Assembly: GCF_001194135.2 (NCBI RefSeq)
Contig: NC_068989.1
Span: 40,382,393 to 40,415,418, forward strand
Origin: Octopus bimaculoides
Taxonomy: Eukaryota
Length of the DNA: 33,026 bases
Direction: 5' to 3'
In this document: positions 1 to 11,724 of the stretch, piece after piece
Layout of the letters: each line of letters starts with the position of its first letter
Position numbering within the stretch: position 1 is the stretch's first letter
The notes under the pieces: model-generated
Seen by the model: only the letters and a program-made list of their open reading frames with translations
What the model was told of the DNA's origin: nothing
Databases searched by the model: none
Translations under genes and position numbers: made by a program

Positions 1-934
1 TGAAACGGAAAGTAGTATACAAGATAACGGAGCTTGTAAAGCAATTTCAGCTACGGCAATAAGCAACAACATCAACAACACATATAACACTATCTCACTG
101 CTATGATGTTAACCCTACTTGTAATCCGCTTTGCTACTGATTTTCATTAAGAAGAGATTCTGCTTCTTACTTCTTCACTTGTTCCTTTCCTCCAGTACTT
201 CAATAGTATTTCATTGAGATCTTGGCAATTTTAATTACTTTCACCTTACCGTAGACACTTTTATGTTTATTTCTTTTTACAGAAATATACAGAATATGTT
301 ATTTTCATGAATATTAAACCCTTTCCATATTGCCAAGTTTTTCATTTGTATGCCAGTTCTTTTCTTCTCTCTGTATCGTCTTCCTTTCTTTACCTGTCTG
401 CCACTATTAGACTTGTTGTCTAGATGTGTGTGACGTTGTTTGAAGAACTACTTGCAACACACTCATACATACGTGTATATATACAAACACAGGGGTTGTA
501 TAAGTAGATAAATTACATCCAATTATCATGACTCTATTCTTATTTCTCTAACACTAAGTTGTGAAGCGATATTGAAAGACATATCGGCTTTGAAACCCTA
601 GCCTCGACTAGTAGATTTCATTTCTCTGTATTAAACAAATTATACGTATATGACAAGATCGCTGTTTGGCAATTTCTATGATTGCTGTCCGTAAATCTAT
701 TTGAAAAGCGAGAATGTTTCATAAAGTAATAACATTATGTTTCCAATACTACAGAAGAGGTCAAGGATGCATATTAATCAAACTGCTGTGAGAATATAAT
801 TTAAATATATATCCAGTCCTCTCTGACGCTAATGTAAGCAACAGACTCCCACATCACAGTAGATAAATTGACATTCATACAAATATTAATATCAGTATTT
901 CCTTGCGCATTTGGCATGTAAAATATCCGTACAT

Positions 935-1056
935 TATGCGCGTATGTATCTACGTGTATCTGTATGTATGTACACGAGACGAACTGTGTGTCTGCGTGCA
1001 TATATTTGTATGTGCACGCGCGCGTGAGTGTGTGTATGTATATGTGTGTATGTGTA
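935..1056. repeat. Degenerate (TG/TA/CG)n dinucleotide low-complexity tract
   Basis: Alternating purine-pyrimidine sequence, e.g. tgtgcacgcgcgcgtgagtgtgtgtatgtatatgtgtgtatgtg; explains the spurious ORFs 801-1085 and 903-1109. Confidence 0.85.
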
Positions 1057-2194
1057 ATTGTCTTCCTGAAACTTGCAGCCCACAATCTGATGTTTTAATT
1101 ACTAAGTAAATGTATAAGCTGTTGCTATGACTAATTAGCCAGACACTTATCAGTTAATTCGGATTTATTTTCTGAAACTTTCTTTAACCGGTATGTCACG
1201 ATCTGAAATATTTTCCAACTATTTCTAATGCCGAGAGCCTCTAATAAACTGCATGACTTAGTAATACTCATTGATATTAGTCTTGATTTATCTGGAGGCG
1301 TCACATCGAAATTTATAAATTGATATAATGCAGTAACATAATTTGAGTAATTAAAAAATCAAATCGAACTTGGAAGTAATTAATCTTTAAATCTTATGAG
1401 ACGAGGCTGTTTCTACTAAATAACCTATATATGCTATTTTGCAGATCTTGTAAAAAGATACCTGTTCTGTCTTATCATCGCACGAGTATTTTCCCTCTCC
1501 CCTCACTTTCATTCTTTCTCCATATATATATATATATGTATATNNNNNNNNNNNNNNNNNNNNNNNNNNNNNNNNNNNNNNNNNNNNNNNNNNNNNNNNN
1601 NNNNNNNNNNNNNNNNNNNNNNNNNNNNNNNNNNNNNNNNNNNNNNNNNNNNNNNNNNNNNNNNNNNNNNNNNNNNNNNNNNNNNNNNNNNNNNNNNNNN
1701 NNNNNNNNNNNNNNNNNNNNNNNNNNNNNNNNNNNNNNNNNNNNNNNNNNNNNNNNNNNNNNNNNNNNNNNNNNNNNNNNNNNNNNNNNNNNNNNNNNNN
1801 NNNNNNNNNNNNNNNNNNNNNNNNNNNNNNNNNNNNNNNNNNNNNNNNNNNNNNNNNNNNNNNNNNNNNNNNNNNNNNNNNNNNNNNNNNNNNNNNNNNN
1901 NNNNNNNNNNNNNNNNNNNNNNNNNNNNNNNNNNNNNNNNNNNNNNNNNNNNNNNNNNNNNAAGGGTAGTTAAAACCAACCACGATAAGATAATTCAAAA
2001 GGCACGCCGATACAGCACTAGAATGAAAGGAAATATTATTTTTAGTTAATCTCATACTCGAGCTTCCCTGTTAATTAGCAAATAAATTAATTTTGTTATA
2101 TGTAGTTGGTCAGTGAGTTCACTAAAAGAATGCATAATTATGTAGCAATAATACATACCGACAGAACACGTGTGAGCTACATCCTCATAATATT

Positions 2195-2593
2195 TAGGCT
2201 TCAAAACAAGTGAAATCGGAAACTGGACATTGTTATGGTGAATAAAAAAGAAAAACTTGCAAGAGAATTGACGTAGCATGACCTGGTGATAACAGGATCA
2301 AAGAGAAAGAAGAACAAAAACTGAACAACTACGGCGATTTGAAGTGGGAAATGCGAAGTTTGTGGTCAATAAGGTAAGTACATGTGATACCAATGATAAC
2401 TGCTGAGCTTGAAAGTATCATACTCAACTAGCGATGGATACAAATGTAGAAATAGAACACCTACAAAAATTCAGCATTGCTTGGAACTGCAAGATTTCTT
2501 CGTTGGGTTCTTCATGCATGACCAGTAAATAAGTTTTACCTTAGTCTGCTGGTTGTCAACAGCTGACACTTTCCATCATACCCATCAAATGAT

Positions 2594-2647
<54 letters not shown>
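2195..2647 (+). mobile_element. 5'-truncated R4/Dong-like non-LTR retrotransposon 3' end (RLE domain, 3' UTR, (TAA)n tail), copy 1
   Basis: Manual translation across a frameshift: KLDIVMVNKKEK / IDVA*PGDNRIKEKEEQKLNNYGDLKWEMRSLWSIR*VHVIP ... EHLQK / SALLGTARFLRWVL, matching the PD..D..K restriction-like endonuclease C-terminus; (TAA)n at about 2596-2647. Confidence 0.85.
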
Positions 2648-2648
<1 letters not shown>

Positions 2649-5064
2649 GAAACGGAAAATGTCAATGAAATTCTGAAATACATCAGAATAAACAATATCA
2701 CAGAAACAAATAATGTGATCAAGGCAACAAGTATTGTTGTAGCAGAAAACGTGGGTGCTGATGTCAGGAAAAAGAAATATAATGGGAGTGACAAAAGGAA
2801 AGATCCATGGAGGAAAAGAAGAATCCAGGCAGGGATAGACATGCTCTCGAAGGAAATCTCTGTGTTAGACCGAAAAGAGAAAGGGGNNNNNNNNNNNNNN
2901 NNNNNNNNNNNNNNNNNNNNNNNNNNNNNNNNNNNNNNNNNNNNNNNNNNNNNNNNNNNNNNNNNNNNNNNNNNNNNNNNNNNNNNNNNNNNNNNNNNNN
3001 NNNNNNNNNNNNNNNNNNNNNNNNNNNNNNNNNNNNNNNNNNNNNNNNNNNNNNNNNNNNNNNNNNNNNNNNNNNNNNNNNNNNNNNNNNNNNNNNNNNN
3101 NNNNNNNNNNNNNNNNNNNNNNNNNNNNNNNNNNNNNNNNNNNNNNNNNNNNNNNNNNNNNNNNNNNNNNNNNNNNNNNNNNNNNNNNNNNNNNNNNNNN
3201 NNNNNNNNNNNNNNNNNNNNNNNNNNNNNNNNNNNNNNNNNNNNNNNNNNNNNNNNNNNNNNNNNNNNNNNNNNNNNNNNNNNNNNNNNNNNNNNNNNNN
3301 NNNNNNNNNNNNNNNNNNNNNNNNNNNNNNNNNNNNNNNNNNNNNNNNNNNNNNNNNNNNNNNNNNNNNNNNNNNNNNNNNNNNNNNNNNNNNNNNNNNN
3401 NNNNNNNNNNNNNNNNNNNNNNNNNNNNNNNNNNNNNNNNNNNNNNNNNNNNNNNNNNNNNNNNNNNNNNNNNNNNNNGAGGGGTTTCTTCTAAGGGGAC
3501 TGCCTGCCCCGCTGGTTTTTGTACTGTGCTTAATACCACTAACACTGATACTAAGGAAAGTATGCATTCAAAAACTGCCAACAAAAAGTCAACTATTTGT
3601 TATTCATGGATGATCTCAAACTTTATGGTAAAGATGAAGCCCAAGTCAGTTCCCTCGTTGATACGGTATATACTTTCAATGCTGATATCAGAATGGAATT
3701 CGGACTGAGAATGTGTGATGCATTAGTCTTGAAGAGAGGCAAGACCAAATGTATGGACGGGCTAACGATACTATACTGTCGGTGAAGGTTATAAAGCAGA
3801 TAGAAAAGACGGGCTATAATTACTTGGTGATGTGGATAATGGATAAATTGATGGAGAAAGAAATGAGAGAAAAATATAAGGTGGAGTACCTGCGCAGATT
3901 GAGACTGATCCTTAAGTCAAAATTAAACAGACGGAATAAGATCAATGCTATCAAAACCTGGGCGGTTCCACTCCTTAGATATGGAGCAGAGGTGATCGCA
4001 TGGACAGTAGTAGACGGCCTAAACAGCTTAGATAGAAAGACAAGGAAGTTGCTAACTAGATATGTGTCACTCCACCCAAACAGTGACACAGACAGACAGT
4101 ATGTACCAAGAAAAAGAGGGGGAAGAGGAAATATTGGATGCGAATACAGCATTAGAGAAGAAGAAGACAACATGGCATGGTATGTAAAAATGCCACAGAA
4201 CCGCTATTATTAGACGTAAGAAGGTCAGGCTTGTGTAGGATAAAAGATTGCAGAGAGAAATCACTATACAATAAATTGAAAACGAATGAGAGTGAAAATA
4301 GGTGGGTAAAGAATAGTATGCATGGTCAATTTCATAGGGATGTGGAAGATAAGACAGAGAAAAAAGATGGCTGTGGATGACTAAGGGTGATTTACAACCG
4401 GAAACAGAGGCTCTAATCTGTGCTGCCCAAGAGCAAGCACTAAGAACAAACTATATAAAATACAGAATAGACAACACAGCAGAAAGTGGTAAGTGCAGAA
4501 TCTGTGGACAAAGTGGTGAAACCGTACGGCATATTTCCATCCAATGTACGTCACTAGCCCAGAAGGAATGTAAGAGACGTAACGGCAATATAGCCAGGCT
4601 TTTCCATTGGACACTGCAACAAGTATGAACTTGACAGAGCATTGTCGAAAATAGAAATGCAAAGATCCTATGGGATTTTATGATTCAGTGCGACCATGAG
4701 ATTAAGAATAGGAAGCCGGGCATAGTCATAATTGAGAAAGAAAACAAGCTATGCTGGCTCATAGACATAGCATGCCCAGCTGACAACAAGGTATGCGATA
4801 AGGAAGAAAGAAAAGTCGAGAGATATGACAGCTTGGGAAGTTAAGCGGTTGTGGTGGATAAGAAAGGTGGTAGTGGTACCAATAAGTGTGGGATCCGTGG
4901 GAGCAGTGAGCAAAAGTCTCGAGACGTACGTGGAACAAATAGGGGCTGCAATAAGGGTGGAACACTTGCAGAAAACAGCACTGCTTGGAACTGCTTGAAA
5001 ACTACGGAAGATGCTCGACAGTGTTCCCCACACGTAGATTCTGGAAACACTAGCCATAAACAAG
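2649..5064 (+). mobile_element. Long decayed R4/Dong-like non-LTR retrotransposon (pre-RT region, RT, CCHC knuckle, RLE), copy 2, interrupted by an N gap
   Basis: DPWRKRRIQAGIDML before the gap; after it GFF*GDCL/PLVFVLCLIPLTLILRK, LFMDDLKLYGK..EFGL (RT catalytic motif), YLRRLRLILKSKLN..NKINAIKTWAVP, YVPRKRGGRG, MHGQF, ETEALICAAQEQAL, CRICGQSGETVRHISIQC (CCHC), KILWDF..RKPGIV..LIDIACPADNK (RLE), EHLQKTALLGTA. Multiple stops and frameshifts. Confidence 0.92.
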
Positions 5065-5164
5065 NNNNNNNNNNNNNNNNNNNNNNNNNNNNNNNNNNNN
5101 NNNNNNNNNNNNNNNNNNNNNNNNNNNNNNNNNNNNNNNNNNNNNNNNNNNNNNNNNNNNNNNN

Positions 5165-5429
5165 CCTTAGGTATAATAAAAAAAATATTCAGACAAATAC
5201 ATAACAAAAACACCCTGACTTACAAATATATATAACATACAGAAAATTGCATTACTGGGTACTGCACACATTCTACGCAAAACACTTTCAATACAGTAAA
5301 CATAAGAGCACCACAGCAAACCACAGCACATACCCAAGGCGCACAGAGCTGCGCTCGGTAGTGAAGTGAAAGCACGTTATAAAAATAAAACTACTGAACA
5401 ATAATAATAATAATAATGATGATGATGAT
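5165..5429 (+). mobile_element. R4/Dong-like non-LTR 3' end with (TAA)n(TGA)n tail, copy 3 (different 3' UTR from copies 1 and 2)
   Basis: LGIIKK / YSDKYITKTP*LTNIYNIQKIALLGTAHILRKTLSIQ*, then a 3' UTR with a GCGCA-CAGAGC-TGCGC hairpin and a simple-repeat tail at about 5399-5429. Confidence 0.85.
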
Positions 5430-6638
5430 TTATTTATTTGTCACAAAGTTTGCAAGACATACTAAAATACAAAAAGCGAGAAACTAGGCATACTAAGGCA
5501 TCTTGAGTGGAACAATTAAGATATACAAAATGTGAATGAAACACTTTATATAATATACAACAGTACTAGTTAATTAATTACACTAGATGAAAGAAGTTTA
5601 ATAAAACACCTATCAATAATCTTAACGATGTGCCTTTTGTTTTGTTTGATACAGTTTATTTCAGAATCCTCCATGAATAATGCCTCGATTATAGTGAAGA
5701 AATATGTGTCAGATCTTTCGTAGAGTTAGCATGTAATAGTTAATATGTAAGTATTCATAAAGCATTATACTAAAATTCTTTCTTTCTGGTTCTTTGTATT
5801 CTGATAATTTCTTTTGCCAAACCATCCCTTCATCTGGATCGCACCACTGCATTTTGTATTAGAGGTCTATTTCTTTATTTCTAGTTTGTTGAATGTCTGT
5901 GACAACCATTTCTTACGAGTTGGAAATGGATTTTTCCTGATTTAGTTGAGTTCACCTTCACATGAAATAGACGCTTCCTCATGAGAGATGTGTTCGTCTT
6001 CATCAAAGATATTCTCTCCTTCATGCAAGATTATCTCCTCACAAGATAGCAGTTTCCCTTTACGTGCTGATTACCTGACCTTGCGCTTTTCATCACTTCT
6101 TCCATTCGCTTTATATAGGTCTTCTTTTTTATACAAATCTTACAATCTTCTGTGACCTCCGTTTGCCCTCGCCTTCATAAGTGGGCGGGTGGCTTTTTGC
6201 TGTGTAGTTGCTGTTGCTTTTGTTGTAGATTAATCATTACCTCTGCCGATCGAGGCAGAGACAAAGGGTATTTAGGTATTAGCTCCTAGTACTATGGACA
6301 TTGTGACATTTTAACTGCTCCAGAGGTTTGGCCGTTGCCGATTTAGAAACAGCAATCTCTACGGTTTGTTTTTGCCCATTTAAACTTTTTTTGAAGGAAA
6401 CACATAAATGACTTTTAATGCAAAAATTGTTAGAAAAAGCCCTTCTACCCTGGATATTGGTATCGAAAGCCTCACCACACCATTAACAAGAAGCTACAAT
6501 TCTGATAGTTCTTTGAGGAACTGTGAGGCCATGACGATTTTTAAAACTATGGTGATTTAATCTACTGACCACATATGACCAGAAGTTACGTTTGCATTAA
6601 CAACAAACCCTTGCTGTTCTATGAAGGTGACTACAAGG

Positions 6639-7754
6639 TACGAGGGTTGGCTGAAATCTTTAGATGATGAGTAAGAAATTCTCATGGAATGTGACCAAAT
6701 AAGATATATTTTTCCACATAATCCCTCTTGCAGTCCGCACACTTCTTCCATTACTGCTGCAGTTCTTCGGTCCCAGTCGTGGAGAACCTTTCATTCTTAT
6801 CCTGTTGGTCCAGAAGGTCATCAACAGCAGATATAATGTCATCATCATTGTGATACTGGTTCCCAGGCAAGTATTTTTTCATGCTTGGAAACTGATGATA
6901 GTCAGATGGAACCAAATTAGGAGAATAACCAGTTCAAAAGTCACACTCACGTACAGCAGCCGTTGAAACCAAGAACCTATATGCTGGAGCATTGTGCTAA
7001 TTAAACAATGCTCCTTTCGTCAGTTTTCTGGGCGTTTCGTCTTGACAGTCTATTTGTAACTTCCTCAGCAAGTTGGAAGAGTACTTTTCATTGATGGTGT
7101 AACCCTTTTGAAGATAGTCAATAAGAACAATGCCTTTTGCATCCCACAAAATTGAGGCCATCAGCCACTTTGCAGATGAAACAACCTTGGTCTTCTCTGG
7201 AGCAGGTATGGAGAGATATTTCCGTTGTGTGGATTGTCTCTTTGTCTCTGGCGCAAAATGATGAAGCCAACACTCATCTTGTGTTAGGAAACGTTCTTCC
7301 GTGATGTGATCAGCCTCTTGCGCTTTTGATCAGGTGTCAGAAGACGGGGCACGCCCGAGCAGAATTCTTCGTCATACTAAGTTCATTGAGCAGAATATCC
7401 TCAACTCTCTTACTGAATATGCTAATAGTATTAGCTACTTCATTTATAGTCAATCGCCTGTCATCCATTACAATGATCAATGATCAATGTTTTTAGTCGA
7501 TGGTGGAAGGCAGATGCAGAATGTTCAGATTTGTATCATCTTTAAGACACGTCCTTCCCTTCTTACATTTAGTAGCCCACTTTTGTACTGTTTGTAAAGA
7601 GTCATCCCTAATGAACCAACCATGTCAGCATGCTTGTACTTGTTAAAACTACGGTGCCAAATTTTGTCCATTTCGGGAGAAGTCATGCAAGATTTCACAG
7701 CTATTGCATCACATCTTCATAATCAGCCTATGAACTTTTCAGCCCGAACTAATA
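6639..7754 (-). mobile_element. Decayed mariner (DD34D) transposon, copy A
   Basis: TA-CGAGGG end at 6639 and a degenerate inverted end (ttttcagcccgaactaata) near 7754; minus-strand remnants NELSMTKNSARACP (WVP region), MASILWDAKGIVLIDYLQKGYTIN, HNAPAY, GYSPNLVPSDYH, WKKCADCKRDYVEK. Confidence 0.9.
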
Positions 7755-7890
7755 AAAATTCTATATAATCTTGATACCTGACTTTGTGTTCCTCATTCTA
7801 AAACATTGAGGGACAGGTTTGTGGGTAGGCAAGTTACGTATAATTCAGATTTGCACTTTAATTCTGCACTGTTTTAGTGATGACACTTAC

Positions 7891-7961
7891 AGTCCCATAC
7901 ACTTTCCCTCTCACAGTAAATATTTCATTTAAATGCTTTCCAGTCAATACTGTCTCTACCT
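7891..7961 (-). other. Candidate 71-nt coding exon, product unknown
   Basis: Acceptor gttttccttgttgcatacgcgtcag, open frame (E)VETVLTGKHLNEIFTVRGKVYGT, donor act|gtaagt. No homology recognised; could be chance. Confidence 0.2.
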
Positions 7962-10289
7962 CTGACGCGTATGCAACAAGGAAAACATCTAAGGCCTCTT
8001 TGGTATATAGTTTGTGGTTTAGAAGAACCCGTGATTAATACTACTTTAATACATGACTTTAAGATTATCTATACAGGTATTCTACAGAAATTATAGTCAG
8101 CATTGATTTTTGTTGCTACGTTTTGTATACAAAATGTCAGGTGTAAACAAGCAATATTTCATCTTCGATCTCATTGTTTGTTTACAACTGGCAAAAAATC
8201 AGTGCTAGCTATAATTTCCATAGAGTCTCTTTAAGGGTAGCCTTAACAAAGTAATCGAGTATTGACTTTTAAAAACGTTTAATATACTTTATAGTATATT
8301 ATGGCTGCATAACGAAATATCACGTACCTACAAATCATTAATACCTTAACACAATACCATTTTCGACATCGGAGGTTTTTGCTCAACGTTGTGAAATTAT
8401 ATTTTAAATTTATTAACTTTTGTTCAAGTGTTTGGAGTAGAGAATCTCTTTATAGTGAAATCGGCAATTTTTTGTCATAAAATTTATTTCTTCTCATTTC
8501 TAAGCAGTTTTTGCTTTCGTTTTTTATAAGTATTTTTTAAAATTATTATTTTTAAGCCTTTCTTTCAGAAATTGCTTTTCCTATGGATTGCAAACGTTTA
8601 ATTTTCTTCTCTGCCACGTACTCCGCATGAATATTCGGAGCAATAGCGGTTGTTTGATTATTTTTTATTACGAATTGTCACATGCTTCCATACACTTTGG
8701 CAATGCTATATGTGAGTGGTTGACATTTTCGCTCCTCTAGTGAAAATGATTTTTATCTCAAATTAGTATACAGAAATTAGAAAACATTATTCACAAAGCT
8801 CAATTTTTAATTTATATTTCAGGTATATGTGTACTGCATAGTTTTCTTTGTACGATCTGTATGATATGGAATATATGAGACTTGCGCAATGGTGATCCTG
8901 ATGGCTATGATGTTGACGGTTTGTTTACGAATTCACACTTCTTTTCAGCAATTTCTCTTTTCTGGTGTTGAGTTTGTTCAGAAACTTGACTACCATTACT
9001 GAAATTTGAATAATTACTGTCTGTCACAGAGATGCAACGAAATATATCTGCTGTGGAATAAACCTAGCTATACTTCCTGAAGTGTTATGTGGTTTATGTT
9101 TCGTTAGATTTCGTACGAGTAATTCATTAATGACTTTATGTAATTGATAGAGGGATTTTCACGTACTTTTTGATGGCACTGTTGATTGAATCTTGATTTC
9201 AAATTAAGTAGTAATGTTGGTTTACAATTGGTGTTGAAGTGCATCTGTTCCAAGTGAAAAATAACAAGTGTTTTATATAATCTAAATCTAAATAGCGTTA
9301 AATTGTCGTTTCTGTTACATATAAAGGAAGAAAAAAACTGCTAATTTTGCTGTGGGAGATCAATATATTTGTAGAGGAAAATCTTCAAAAAAGTTCCACA
9401 TAAACATGTTCTAATACAATCATTTGGACATGATACATATTAAATATTATATCACACATTTCATTCAATATTATCAGTTATCATTAGTTACTGGTTTCCA
9501 ACGTGCAAATCGTTGATTCAGTACATTTATCGGTCTGAATTACAAGAGTCTCGCAGCCGTTTTTAAAAAATTTTTTTATTACGACTGTTTATATCTCTCG
9601 CAGCTATATATGAGACATATATACACTCATACTCACGCGTATATTTCAGTGAAAACTCGATTGTAGTCTAATTTTCATAGTTCTACTGTAATAAATTGGT
9701 AAGAACAATAATATTCATAAATTAATTATCAGCGTTTCTAGACTTTCTCCGATTAATATCCAGGATGTGATGAATTATCGTAGTGAGGAATCGTTCATAA
9801 AATAAAGCAATCTTACGCTGCTCACTATGCACTTAAATCAAGAAACTATTGCAGCAGTTTACTCTGAAAAGCATAAAACAAAACTAGATGGGAAAACATT
9901 AGCAAACATTTCTATACCTGTATTATATAGAATTTCCCACAAAAATAGTTGGCTCATTTCTCATATCACTATGCTGAAGAAACCCGCAGACAACACATAC
10001 ACACACGTGTCACAAGCAAAATAACACTGGAAATGAGGAAATATAACGGCAAAATTGAAACAGTAAACAAAAATCACATTCACTTACCGTAAACCAAGTT
10101 ACTATACACATTGATAACACCTCACATTCTCAAGATGGGATGGAGAAATTCTAGAATAATTAAAGATTGATCTCATAATATTATTGTTCTAAACGTGTCC
10201 GTGATACAAAATTGGGTAACCACCTTAATTAAAACACGGTCGTGTTATTATACGTGACTAAAAGAAAAGTTATCCCTCGTGTAATGTAT

Positions 10290-10378
10290 TACAAACATAC
10301 ACAGCACACGCACACGCGCACACATGCACACGTACATATTGAGCATATATGCACACATACACGCGCACGCACGCGACA
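10290..10378. repeat. Degenerate (CA/CG)n tract
   Basis: acacagcacacgcacacgcgcacacatgcacacg...acacgcgcacgcacgcg. Confidence 0.85.
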
Positions 10379-10442
10379 TGTTCCCACACAGATTTTGGCT
10401 ACAATATTCTCACTCAAATTATTGTTCAACTCAATGTTTTAG

Positions 10443-10538
10443 CTAAAGACAATCATCCAAAGTGTTGCATGGTTGGAAAGAATCATGAACTATTCAGTTG
10501 TGAAATGTTTTACTTCAACGGACTAATATGTACCGAAG
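10443..10538 (+). other. Candidate 96-nt phase 1-1 coding exon, Cys-rich, product unknown
   Basis: aatgttttag|CT...GAAG|gtattc; open frame (A)KDNHPKCCMVGKNHELFSCEMFYFNGLICTE; followed by a 76-nt GT-AG intron and a second open frame. Confidence 0.3.
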
Positions 10539-10614
10539 GTATTCTAAGAAGCGACCGTATACAGTGAATCTATTATTAATGACCTACAATTATCATCTTT
10601 TGGCTGTTCTTTAG

Positions 10615-10701
10615 TCACAAGTCTCTTTTCGTCTAGGAAACCAATAAGAAATGTCAACTCACCTGTGGCTATACCGTCATCCTTCGACAGTGGTTTTAGA
10701 A
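10615..10701 (+). other. Candidate 87-nt phase 1-1 exon following 10443-10538
   Basis: cttttggctgttctttag| (V)TSLFSSRKPIRNVNSPVAIPSSFDSGFR |gtataa (weak donor). Overlaps a competing minus-strand candidate (10663-10728). Confidence 0.2.
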
Positions 10702-11724
10702 GTATAATTACATAATGCAGGTGCATATCTTTGAGAAGATAGTGCTTCAGGAAAATTTGTTGATTTGACTTGCTGGTTTTCGACAACATTAAATTCATAT
10801 CATATTTTGTTTGATTTAATACGGAGCATAATTATGTTTGGAGTTTCATACAGAAATTTAATACCAGTGTTATTCTGCCTGTCATATATTATCCCTGTGT
10901 TTATCAACAAGAAGAAAATATGAATTAATATGCTGTGATACCAAATGACAATTGAAGGCTGGTTAGCTTCAAAGAATTACATATGTATCAGAACTGTGCA
11001 ACGGATTTTGAGACCCCCCCCCACTCTTTCTCTGGCATTTTGCAGCATCAAATAATTGCATTTGATCAATATTTGAACTAGTTCCAATATAGTTAAACTT
11101 GAAAATCACCGATACTTTTAAGTAGGAAACGCATTACATTTCATTGATAAAACCAAATGGATAAAACTATGAGATTTCAATATCAAGTGAAAATCGCCGG
11201 CGCTATATTTCCTGCAGTACGTGAGATACCTTAGTTTTGATGAGGCGAAATAATTGTTAACGTTAATAAGTAGGAAAAAGTGTTAACCGCCAATGACTGA
11301 TATACAGCTAGAAGAACGTGAAGTATGTTTTGACCGTGATTTAGCAAATCGAAAAATTCCTGTTAGACTTAGCAAGAATGTTGTAAATATCAAAAGAATC
11401 AATTTCTTTTATTCAGTGTCAGTATATCACGATTTAATCTTTAATGTTGTAAGTATTTCAAATATCAAATTCGTACCCCAATAAGTCATTCATATAATAT
11501 CATATCAGCCTCATATCAAATCTTTAACACAAAGAGGACAGAAGTTATGTGCGTGCAATACAGATGAGTTATTGTTGTTGCTTATCTCCTGACAGTTCTG
11601 GTTGAGAAAACCTATGATCAAATGTATTTTAATCGAGACCACCCAGTCTGTTTAGTACTACAAGGTCGATAGTTTCTTCCTTTATTAAGACAAAACGCTA
11701 TTACTAGAGGGAAATATATGTATA

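Noticed and set aside
1-60. Frame KRKVVYKITELVKQFQLRQ* as a possible gene C-terminus
   Set aside because: Truncated by the window edge; no splice site or homology to support it.
1445-1485. Acceptor ttttgcag followed by DLVKRYLFCLIIAR
   Set aside because: Only a weak donor follows, and adjacent sequence is lost in a gap.
2199-2239. Apparent exon tttag|GCTTC..TATG|gtgaat
   Set aside because: It lies within the RLE coding remnant of R4/Dong-like copy 1 (KLDIVMVNK).
1387-3613. Long ORF-track entries containing X runs (also 15259-15981, 19055-19964, 24218-24627)
   Set aside because: They stay open only because N gaps and microsatellites contain no stop codons.
10088-10152. Strong minus-strand donor acg|gtaagt with an upstream acceptor
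   Set aside because: Stops in all three frames from the best acceptor; a UTR or non-coding exon cannot be excluded but is unsupported.
11235-11260. ttgatgaggcgaaata as a second hammerhead
   Set aside because: No room for stem II and no stem I or III pairing.
11293-11484. ORF MTDIQLEERE with a gaa|gtatgt donor
   Set aside because: No recognisable product, promoter context or partner exon.
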